The notes under the pieces are model-generated. The model saw only the letters and a list, made by a program, of their open reading frames with translations, was not told where the DNA came from and did not search any database. Shown here piece by piece: positions 41,635 through 53,685 of a stretch of 64,000 bases of DNA. Source of the stretch: the human T2T-CHM13v2.0 reference genome, Homo sapiens. The stretch lies in the NCBI RefSeq assembly GCF_009914755.1, contig NC_060925.1. One strand, 5' to 3'. Both the position numbers and the translations under genes were made by a program. Numbering within the stretch: the first letter of the stretch is position 1; each line of letters starts with the position of its first letter.

Positions 41635-42598
41635 TTTTTTTCTTCAATTTTTATTTTGAGCTCTGGGGTACATATACAGGATGTGCAGGTTTGTTACATA
41701 GGTAAATATGTGCTATGGTGGTTTCCTGCACAGATCATCCCATTGCCCAGGTATTAAGCCCAGCATATATTAGCTATTTTTACTGATGCTCTCCCTCCCT
41801 CCACCCCCTGAACAGGCTCCAGTGTGTGCTGTTCCCTTCAATGTTTCTATGTGTTCTCATCGTTCATCTCCCACTTATAAGTGAAAATATGCAGTGTTTG
41901 GTTTTCTGCTCCTGCATTAGTTTGCTGAGTATAATGGCTTATACTTCCATCCATGTCCTGCAAAGGAGGTGATCTCATTCCTTTTTATGGCTGCATAATA
42001 TTCCATGGTGGATACATGGAATATTACATTTTCTGTATCTAGTCTATCAGTCACTGATGGGCATTTGGGTTGATTCCATGTCTTTGCTATTGTGAATGGT
42101 GCTGCAATAAACATATGTGTGCATGTATCTTTATAATAGAATGATTTATATTCCTTTAGGTGTATACCCAGTAATGGGATTGCTGGGTCTAATGGTATTT
42201 CTGCTTCTAGATCTTTGAGGAGTTGCCACACTGTCTTCCACAACGGTTGAACTAATTTACACTCCCACCAACAGTGTAAAAGTATTCCTATTTCTCCACA
42301 TGCTCGCCAGCATCTGTTGTTTCTTGACGTTTTAATAATCGCCATTCTGACTGGCATGAGATGGTATCTCATTGTGGTTTTGATTTGCATTTCTCTAATG
42401 ATCAGTGATGTTAAGCTGTTTTTCATATGTTCATTGGCCACATGAATATCTTCTTTTGAGAAGTGTCTGTTCATGTCCTTTGCCCACTTTTTAACGGGAT
42501 TGTTTTTTCTTGTAAATTTGTTTAAGATGCTTGTAAACTCTGGATATTAGATGTTTGTCAGATGGATAGATTGCAAAAATGTTCTCCCATTCTGTAGG
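41635..42598 (-). mobile_element. 5'-truncated L1PA (mid-age primate), ORF2 C-terminus plus 3' UTR
   Basis: ORF 41917-42474 is ORF2p C-term with CCHC motif ([18 protein letters not shown]); 3' UTR and poly-T; TSD-like ttgcattt. Confidence 0.95.
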
Positions 42599-45500
42599 TG
42601 AGGATTGCATTTCTTAACTAAAATGCCCTCAAACCAAATTGTCACAATACTGGCCTTAACCAAGCCATTTATGCCCGGTGTTCCATTTTTTGATTGCCAC
42701 ATAACATTATGTGAAACACAATAAAAACTTTTTCTCTTCAAATTCTTGTTCCTTAAATTTTTGCAGGTTACATATATGAATTTTATGCAAAAATTCAAAA
42801 AATTGCAACCTCAGGCATAAATGGGTTATGAAGACTAATTTCTACTTTAAATTATTTTTCAAACTTAGATGGATCATCCTATAAGCATATTAATTCAATC
42901 TTGGAAAAGACTTGCCTGGTAATATGGCAGAAGCTCTAGTTGTCAAAAAGTCTTAGAACAGCTTGACTATTTCTCAGGTTTTCCATCTTTCACATCTCTA
43001 AAATGTTCAGTGCAAGTTTTTAGTGAAGCAGAGCTGATATTTTTGTAAACTTATGGTATATTATTGATAATTTTCAAATAAGAGAAAATCTAGTCTATTA
43101 GCTAGAATAGTTTCATTTACTTCAATTATTTATTCAATAAACATTTACTTTGCATTTATTATATTCCAGAATTGTATTAGGTCCTCAAAATACAAAGATA
43201 TAGAAAGGCTTTTTCCTCAAAACAGATTCGTAAATAAATAATTGCAAGATGATATGGCAAGTGCCTACTATATAGTAGTTGCTCATTAGATACTTGTTTA
43301 ATGGATGAATGATGGTAGGACCAAGAATGAAATGATTATCTTTGTCCGAGGAAGTCAGAGAAGGGGGAAGGAATCACTTTTGACCATTAGCTCCACGGGA
43401 AAATGGGGAAAGGGCATTATCTTGTTCACTCCAGCATCTAGCATAGAATCCAGCAAATAATCAGTGCCCAGTAAAAATGTATGGAATGAATAAATGGATG
43501 AGTGAATGAGGGGATGATTGAACAATGTCTAAGGCAGGAGTAAAATTTAGGAGGCAGGAGCACATTGCTTGTAAAGGGAACAATGTATACAGAAGGCACA
43601 GAGATGTGGAAATGTATTATTCCATTCCAGTAATAATTTTGGATTTTCATTTAAAGTACTCTGTCACATATACACTAGAGACATAATTGTTGGTACACAT
43701 GCTTCTTTTTGTGTATTTCGTATGAATCTACTTGCATCTAGAAATTTTCTACAATGCTATTGGTAGATGTATATATATATTAGCCAGATGAAATATTTAT
43801 GTTTTTAGCACAGAAACTTGTGTTGCCACAACTTATTTTAAATAGTATATTTATAAGCAAGAACAACTCTGAAATCAGAACAGATAACATTGTCCTAATA
43901 ATACAAAGATTAATTCACAGAGCACATTTGGTGGGAAAAAAATTATACATTTTGCCACATAGTAAAGAGTATTATCTTGTCCATTAGTTGTGCAGTTAAA
44001 CCTTTATCAAGGTATAACAAGCCCTCAAAGTGATTTCAATTGAATGACAAAAGGGATGGAATAAAATTCATTTAAAACTGGTTCACACCAGCTCTCCTGC
44101 GTGTTCTATTAACTGCTAAGATCAAGTCACAAAACATTATTTTGAGGAGAAAGGGTTTAGTGAACCCTAGAAATTGGGTTTGATTTATGCCAGAAAATCT
44201 GCCTTTTCACTGCTTGAGATTTCTGTGGAAGAAAGCCACAGTCTTTTACCAAATGGTTTCTAAGGAAACCCCTTATAGCACAGCATTGGAAAACAATTTA
44301 GTTGTTAATGAGAAATGGTTCTCACGGTGGGAAAGTGTTGACTGAAAGAAAAGGCTTCTGGAGTTAGCGGTCAGTCTGTAAAAAGTGTTTACCGCTCTAC
44401 AGTTAACGTTTATGAAATTTCTACATAGAGCAAACATTTTTAGGTCCCATTTTGCAGTTATTCTCGCTTGTAAATATATTTTTTAAAGAAGCTAGGGCAA
44501 TAGAAAAGTTTTTGTCTAAAAGTTTAGATACTTGAACTTGCAAAAATATATTCAAACAAGTTGTCTTCCAGAATCTGTGCACTCCGGTGAATTTTTCAGT
44601 TTTGGAATTGCAACATTCTAGAATTTATATGTTAGCATTAAAATATAAGTAAATTAATTTTGCATAAAATATTTCTAAAAATCCTAAAATACAGTAGGGT
44701 ATTTATATATTTTTAAAACATTTTAAAAATGTATTCTGAAATGTCCCATAAGTTGTATTTATTTTACTTCTTTAATTTCTGCATAAAAATAAAATAATTA
44801 ATTGCAATGAATATTTTAACTATAATCCTTTTATAAGAATTTCAAGATTAAATTTTAATATCTAATGAAGCACTAAACCTTGTAGTTAAAAAATAAATGC
44901 TAAATATATACAAATTCTTCTAAATGTACCTATTGAAGCCAGATTCCAAAATAACTACACCTGTATTTTCCTGATAATCTTTAAGTAGTGAAAGCCAAGG
45001 AAACTCATGCAATAACTTTAAATAGATTTTCATCTGTAGCATGATTCAGAAACATGAATGAATATATGACAGGAACCAAAAAAAGTGACCATCAGAAAAG
45101 TTCAGAGGAAAATATTTAGAAATATTTCTTGCTTTGGGATTGTTATAAGTTTTCAAGTCTGTTTAAAAATATAACACTCAGTTGTTAAGTCACTTGAAAG
45201 CCTATTGGTACATCGCTTTGCCGAAAGCTGCCATCAGTCCATCTGTCCACAAGTGTGTTTTCTGCTTTAGACTTTCATACAAGACAGAGTTGCCAATAGT
45301 CTTCATGTTGTCTTCCGTTGTTTTCCTCATTTGACCCCCACCTCCTTTCTCTTTCTTCTCTGGTCTTTGAACTTCCTCCACTTTGGGCAGCTGCTTTCAT
45401 TTGCAGCTCTGCTTTGAGCAAGGAAAAAATTCTGCCAATGAAAACAGGAAAAATAAGAAAACAAGAAGGGTTGCAAGTGTTTTGCATGTGTTGCAGCTCT

Positions 45501-45797
45501 CCGGCTGTCCACTTTGGGGTCTTCTCACCATTGGGTAGTATACTGAGAAGGAATCTGTTGTTGGAAACTGACCCTAGGTGACCAGAGCTTATCTAAGGGA
45601 CACTTTTTTTGTCATCTTAGAATCAATAAATTTATAAATCATTTGTGTTAAAAGAACTGTGAAAGTGATATTTTATGTTTACTCACCCACTCCATATTCT
45701 GAGGTATATATTTATCATTTGGTCTGGTCAGATCTATGATATTGTCAAGTTACAGTTATATATATATATATATATGACTATATGATGTATATATAAT

Positions 45798-45918
45798 ATT
45801 TTAGAGACAGGGTCTCACTCTGATGCCCAGGCTGGCCTTGAACTCCTGGGCTCAAACGATCCTCCAGCCTCAGCCTCCCAAGTAGCTGGGACTACAGGCG
45901 CTTGCCACTGTGCCCGGT
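45798..45918 (-). mobile_element. FLAM_A monomer with (TA)n tail
   Basis: agagacagggtctcactctg...gccactgtgcccgg; TA repeat at 45757-45775. Confidence 0.88.
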
Positions 45919-47064
45919 TATAATATTTTTGATTAAGACATTTGAGAGGGAGAGAATATGGCCTTTTTTTTTTTTAACTCTCCTTCATTCCCTACAATAC
46001 ACACAAAAACCCCCACAGGGCAGGAACTTCTCTAACTTTCTCAGAGTAGTATATGATAGATATGCATGTACAATACATGAGAGTACTTCATAAATATTAG
46101 TTCATGGAGATAATGAAGAAAACATCTTTTCTAAGTCAAAAAATAGGAAGCAAATTCTTAATAGTTGCTGTTATTATGCCAATATGCTTGAGTTTGAAGT
46201 TTAGTGAGATCTTTTTTGAGTGGCTAAAAAAGGGAAGAGATGTAAGTCTTGTCTTCGTTGATAAAACATCAGGAGGATAGATTGATGGTGGTATCTAAAT
46301 AATATACTCAAAATTAGAGTGTAGTTTCTGCCTTGGCACATCTGTCTTGTTTCCACTTCTTTGCTTCCTCCTTTTTCCACAGTATCCACTGCAGCACCAC
46401 AGGATAGCTCCCCAGATAAGGCAGCAATCTAATGGGGCAGCTGTAGATCTCTGTGTTAGAATTAAGAAAGGAGTATTTGTCATTACTTATGTAACCCACT
46501 CTGCATCCACACTGACATATATAGCTGAATGAAGAAATCGCTCAAGCAAAATGTTGCCTCCCTTTGACCTTGTCTGAGTGCCATTCATTGTTGTTATCAG
46601 AGCTGAACAGTAAATGGCAGGAACCACATAAGAGTTGTAAACAAGTACACATGAGAAAAAGAAGTAACTGTATTTGCTGAGTCAAGATCCATGTAAAGGA
46701 GAGGATCACATTTCCCTTTCTTGGAAACACTTGAAAATATTTACAGTCTCAAGTTCAATTTAAAATATTCTTATTAAGTGTCTACTCTGTGTTAGACTCT
46801 TCACTAGTAACTGTGAATACAGAGATAATGAAGTATCTTGCTCATGGAAGAACTCACAGACTAGACTTATGATAACCTCTCTTCTCCTTAGAATTTGGAG
46901 GACTTTAGATGGTTTCCCCTAGATTTTTGTTTTGTTGCACAGTGTTACTCTTATTCTCTTAATCTCTAATGAAAAGCCTATTTGGTGGTATAGTACGAGT
47001 CCTAATGATGAATGAGTCCTAATGATAAATAAGACATCATTAGGACTTCTACTTTTTCAGTCTG

Positions 47065-47153
47065 TTTTACGAGTCCCACTCCACTAGACTGGGACCTTCT
47101 GGAGGGCAGGTTCCAGAAGGTCCCAGTCTAGTGGAGGAGTGAGACTTGTAAAA
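47065..47153. repeat. Inverted repeat/hairpin derived from an L2 3' segment
   Basis: 25-bp perfect arms at 47079-47103 and 47112-47136, extending to about 39 bp. Confidence 0.95.
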
Positions 47154-47733
47154 TGGAAGTTATAGTACAATTTTTATAGAAATGATCAAATCATATTCTT
47201 TCTGAAACACTTAACTTCTGAGATTGATAGATCTTACCATTTAAATGAGTATACACATAAGGTGTTGTAGCATTGTATCTGGCAGACTGAGAGGACATAA
47301 AAGATGTTAACTACCTGCTTTACCATTATTACCTTTACCTTTCCTGTTTCACTGTTCTTATGCCAGATATTGAATACAAATCTAGCCCTTCCATATTTGA
47401 CCTCTTTAAATGTCTCATTAACAAATGTCAGTCTACTTTCTAGGTGACATGAGACTCCTTATGTATCAGCATATCATTATCACTTCTGTTCTTCCACAGT
47501 TCCTGAATATATCACATGTGGTGATAAACATGAAGATGTATGAAAAATTGTGTTCGTTGAGAGAAAATGGAAGGCTTTTCATTCTACTTCCACATTTTCA
47601 TTCCAGCAGCTTTTCTGTTTTGGAAGATGAGTACTGAATCTTGCAATGAAATTTTTTTAACTTAAACAAGGTATATTTTAGCGTGTTCCGCTATGGATGA
47701 CTGTCTGATGCCGTCATGAATATTCAATTAACT

Positions 47734-48291
<558 letters not shown>

Positions 48292-48895
48292 CTTTTGATC
48301 ATCTGGCCATTGATTTTTGGCCAATAGGATGGAGCTATGTGACTACAAGGGTGTGTGGCCTTTCTTCTGGTAGGTGTAGGACTTCAGTCTGCCATGCTCC
48401 TTCATATACTCAGTGCCTAATTTGTGCAAGGTAGCAGCAAACCATGAGGAGAAAGGTGGTCCATGTCTTGAAGAAACTCATAGTCTAACAATTTGTAAAC
48501 TAAGTTGATTTTTCAGGTTTTGGAAATATGCTAGGTGATTCTTGATAATTCTTTGAAGTGGTACCTTGAGCTTCTTAGATAGCTGTGATAAATTTCCAAA
48601 GTTGGATATTATTATGTGTTATCAAAATACTTTCAAAGCAGTGGAAAACCCCTATACTTTTCTTGAAATTTTTCATTGAATAGTTGACTCTTGTGTAAGG
48701 AATAGATTGAAATTTGCAGCTTTGTTTTACTGGGATATTTGCTTGTTGTTTTAATGTTTAAGCCTTATCCCTCCAAATCTTTTATAAATCAACACTTGTA
48801 TTGTAGATTTGGAGGATAATAACAGCACCTGTCCTGATACATAGAGTTCTTATTGTTTAGACAGCTGTCTACACTGAACATCAGCTGTCTGTACT

Positions 48896-49017
48896 CTGAT
48901 TTCAGGGGTGTGTATGTGATCTAGGTTTGGACAATAAAAATATTGAACCCTCCTTCCCTGGACCTACAATTGTTTAAGGGAAGGAGACATGCAAAAGTTG
49001 GTATAAATTTCAATTCT
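48896..49017. repeat. MLT1/LTR16-like fragment, copy A of three
   Basis: gatttcagggg..tgtgatctaggtttggacaataaaaatattgaaccc..ctggacctaca. Confidence 0.75.
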
Positions 49018-50379
49018 AAAAGAATAATTGTACAATAAAAAATCTTACAATCGTGTAACTGAAGCTAACGTAAGTGTTCAGCTTACTATCAAGTACATAA
49101 AAACTTTAAAAATCCTTTAAAAATAACAAAAAATTCCAAATACTGTAATCAAGCATTTGATTCATTTAAAATCAAGTATGGAGCAACATACAATATAGCA
49201 TTTAATATCACATTTGAACTGGTAAATCACTAGGACAACTTAGTTAAATAGTAATAAAAGAATTAATCCCCAGGATTATAGCATTTCTGTGGCATTTATC
49301 TAGTCCTTTGTACATAACAAAGTGATTCAGCTCTTCATTCATAAAACTGTGTTAGGAATCTGAGTTGTATGGTTTTCTGTGTGACAATTTAGACATTTTA
49401 GTCTTTGCATTCCAAAAACACTAGGAAAGTTGTTATTTGTTTGAAACAGATTCCAATGATCTGTTCTAATTTATTCTGATGAAAAGGGTAAAGGGAAATT
49501 TCTCTGACTTCTAAACTAACTTGAGAGATTTTCCTATTGCCTCAGTCTGTCCTCCCACCCCTAAGGTACATAGAAAGACAGATATGTGTGTACACACTAT
49601 AACATTGTTTAAATGATACTCATATTATTGTTCTGAAATAGCCATACTTTAAATGATTTCAGATAATTGGCTTCAGTTTTGCTAATATAATTTATGTAAG
49701 TCATATGGCTAGGTCAAATTTAATAGAAAATTTGGGAAGAAAGATATTTAAAAATATATTTTATGATGAAAACTATCTTGATAAATTTCCTTGTTTATTT
49801 TATATGATAAAAATCATTGGTTGCTCCCTAATAAAATATCATTTCACTTACATTACAGTGCTGGGCATGTATTACAAGTTGCTCATTTTTAGAGCTAATT
49901 TATGTAGCATATTTGCATGTGTGTGTGTAAAAGATTGTGACAGAGATAAGAGAAATAAGTGAAACGTTCACTTATTCACAATATAAGTGAATATAATCTA
50001 TTAATATTCAAATTAAAAACTAGATAGCAAGTCAGTAGTTCATTTAGTTGAGAAACTTAGGGGAGGATGGGCAACTAACAATAACGGTACTATTATTATC
50101 ATTCCTTTTTTACAGACAAGGAAAATGAAGCGCAGAGACGTTAAATAACTCTCTCAAGGTCATGCAGCTGAGAAGAGATGAGACTTGAACTCCAGTGCCA
50201 GCCCTGTTAATCACTATTCTGTACTGTCTTTCAGGTTCTTATGCCTTTGTTTGAAAAACATGGTTCCCTGTGAAATTTTACATGTAGAAGAAAGCTTCAC
50301 ACTACGAGAGCTCTCAGGATATAATTATTTCAGACAGATACTGGGAACATAAGATGGCTTATCAATCTAAGATGGCCTT

Positions 50380-50518
50380 CCTGTCCTTCGGATTGAACTG
50401 AAACCATCCCTGATTCCAGGGATAGGTAGATGATCCAGGTTTGGACAATCAAAATATTGAACCACCCTGGACCTACAAGTGTTTCTGGGATGGGAACATG
50501 CAAACGTTGGTCCAAATT
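50380..50518. repeat. MLT1/LTR16-like fragment, copy B (same orientation as A)
   Basis: tgatccaggtttggacaatcaaaatattgaaccaccctggacctaca. Confidence 0.75.
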
Positions 50519-50909
50519 GTTGTTCTAGGCAGCCCAGTACATTTCTCCAATGCCTGGTAAGCTCTAAATATCTCTAAATGTTTGTTGCAGAATGAATGAG
50601 AATAAAAGTATTCTCTTAGAACATATCCCTGACATTAGGTGTGGGATAAAAGTGGAAAATGCAGTTTGCCTCATAAAAATAGCTTTCAGAAATGACTTTT
50701 CTACAACAGCCATTCACCAGTATTCTAAAGGGCACCTGTCAAGGAGTCACTGCATTTTCAAAAGTACATTTATTTTCACATCACTGGCCAAAGTTGATCT
50801 ATTATCATCACATTAGGCCCCTAGTATAGAGATGGCCCCTAAATTAGAAGCAGATTTGAATTGTTGAGACCTAAAAGCTTAGTTCCCTTAGAAGACTTTT
50901 TACCTGAGG

Positions 50910-51110
50910 GCAGGAGGTATAGTGAGGATCACCTGCTTTGAGTCATACTGGCCTGAGGTTGAATCATAACTTTGAAGTCAACTGAGGAATTGCATACTAT
51001 GCATAGCATGACCAGCGGCATACTATGCAATTCCTCAGTTGACCGAGTAATTATACCCACCCATAGGATTGTTTTGTGAGTTAAAGGAAAGCTATATATA
51101 CTTACATAAA
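50910..51110 (+). mobile_element. MIR containing an internal inverted duplication
   Basis: gctttgagtcatactggcctgaggttgaatc...cctcagtt...cataggattgttttgtgagttaaa. Confidence 0.7.
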
Positions 51111-51460
51111 ATAAGCTGTATTATTTTACTTTCTTTTACAACTCTCAGTTGCAGGGATAAAAGGGAAGGAAAGAAGGGAGGGATGGAAGGAAAGAATAAT
51201 GGAAGGAGGAAAGGAATTATAAAAGAAAATTGGCTAAAAAAATTAACTCATTACTAAAATATTAAGGGTTCAAACAGTATTCTCAGGACTTGGTATCTGC
51301 ATTTCTACAGCCTATTTTTCTTAATACTTGCTTTAACTGTCAAAGGAGTTATTTCCTAATGTCATCCTTTAGCAACTCTAAACTTACATCTTGCCATTTT
51401 CTAATATAACATAAAAAAGAGCAACTCTCCCTGAAATACCTATAGAAGTCTTGGCCTCAC

Positions 51461-51595
51461 TTTGATGAGACAAACTTGCATGTTTCTGTTCCTAAAACAA
51501 CTGTAGATCCAGGGGGGTTCAATATTTTGATTATCCAAACCTAGATCACATGCCTGTCCCTGAAATCGGATAGTTTCAGCTCAATCCAAAGCAGG
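51461..51595. repeat. MLT1/LTR16-like fragment, copy C (inverted), within a longer LTR remnant about 51280-51660
   Basis: tgtagatccaggggggttcaatattttgattatccaaacctagatcaca is the reverse complement of A/B. Confidence 0.75.
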
Positions 51596-52420
51596 GGGAC
51601 CGAAGGCACAGGAAGCACGGTTGTCCAAAGAAAATTGTTGATAGTGTTACCAAAAGAAAGGGGAGTGAATGTTAGATGGTAAAATCAGAAAAAAATGTCC
51701 ACTACACTGTCACTTAACTAAATAGCAGTTATTATTGTGTTTTGTGCCACTTACAGATTCCTATTAAACCTACTACTACATTTTAAAAAATCGCTCTATT
51801 TAACAACTTTATTCAGAAAATATATTTAGATTTCCAATTTGGGATATTGCGATACATCTTCTACCTTTGCTTCAAGATGAATATAATTAGCAGGAATTCC
51901 TTAACAGGCCTATGTGGAACTCTCATTTAACTTTTATGAGCCTCAGTTTTCTTCCCATTGTCTAGAGAGTTACCCAAACAATTTTCTTTACTTTTGGCCA
52001 AGGTATCTCTGCTCCCTGCAGAATATAACAGATTGTTGTCTTATAACTTTTCTCCTTTTCTCTTGTTCCAGAAGCAACAGTTACTTCTTTTAGGCTATTT
52101 TCTGTTTTTGTTTGGTTTTGTTTTGTTTTCTTTTCCCTCAAACTGCTAATAACTATATACATACCACTACTTCTCGCTTCTCTTTTTTTACTTTGGCTCT
52201 AGATGGAATGATAGGGTATGCATAAATGTTCATGTGGGCTCTGGAGTATACCAGGAACTGAAGTAAGGTACATGGACGTCTTGAATATTGTAACTGAGAT
52301 GGGCAAGCCTACACCTTTGCAAATAAAGGAGGATTGGGAAAGATTAAGGTGAGCTTTCTCGCAAACAGATGGGTCATGGGAATAAGGAATTCTGAATGCA
52401 TGAACAGTGATGCTGAAAAG

Positions 52421-52631
52421 CAGGGGGTCTTCAAACTATACTCAAGGGCCAAATCATTGCCTCTTTTTATAAGTGAAGTTTTATTAGACTACTGCTCCAC
52501 CCATTCATTTAAATGTGGTCTATGGCTGCTTTAGGACTTAAAATGCCAGAATACTTGTGACAGAAACCTTCTGGCCCTCAAAGCCTAGAATATACACTAT
52601 CTGGCTCTTTAAAGAAGTTTGCCAACACCTG
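52421..52631. mobile_element. MER58A (hAT-Charlie)
   Basis: cagggggtcttcaaactat...ggtctatggctgcttt...ctatctggctctttaaagaagtttgccaacacctg. Confidence 0.88.
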
Positions 52632-53354
52632 CTCCATTGTAAGGAGGATATTAGTCGGGTTCTAACAGAATTGCTTGTTGAACTAGGGTTTAAAACACAT
52701 GGTAGAGACTCCACTGCCATAACCAGAGAGAAGACTGCCAAGAATTAGGCTAACTTGTTCTCAGGCAAAAAGGCTACGTAAAAGGCAGAATCTCAGTTCT
52801 GCAGGGCCAGTGCAGGAGGTGAGGAGGCAGGGGTTACACTGGTGTCCGTGGGTCATTGTTCATGCAATGGATACTCGGTCTGGTTGAGGGATACATGCAA
52901 GGCTAGAATTTGTGCTGAGTCACCAGATTTAAGATCTGGGAAAAAATAATGTACATTTCTTGACTTCAAAGACGTGGGGGCCATTAATCCAGATTTTACC
53001 CTTGTTGAACTAACTCAGGAATGGAAAACACTCTTGGTGAGGAAATGGGACACTGAATAGGGATACTTCCTACCAGCCCAAGACTAGGGTTAGGGAAGGA
53101 CTCACTTATTGGTAAGAAAGGATTTTTGCCTCTACAGACCTTTACTTAGACCTGTACTTAAATGAGGTAAGAAGTGAGAAAGCAATATTTCTCAAGTGCC
53201 TACAAACCTGAGGAGTCTTTTTCCATTTGTATGTTACTCAAGATCTCAAAATGCCACAGCTCTTTAAAAGGGCTTCTTCTCTCCTTTGTATTGGTGGCTT
53301 GCAACATGCTATTTGAATCTTTCAGCAGGCTGACCTGTTTGGCTAATGCTATAA

Positions 53355-53685
<331 letters not shown>

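Noticed and set aside
41917-42474. 185-aa ORF, the longest in the window
   Set aside because: L1 ORF2p C-terminal remnant in a truncated L1PA, drifting out of frame near its end; no promoter
50966-51030. Superficial loxP-like words (ATAACTT, GCATAC)
   Set aside because: No 13-bp ATAACTTCGTATA arms; explained by the MIR inverted duplication
53138-53166. 29-nt micro-exon candidate (ctctacag| ... GAG|GTAAGA)
   Set aside because: Very short with a competing donor just upstream; insufficient support without RNA data
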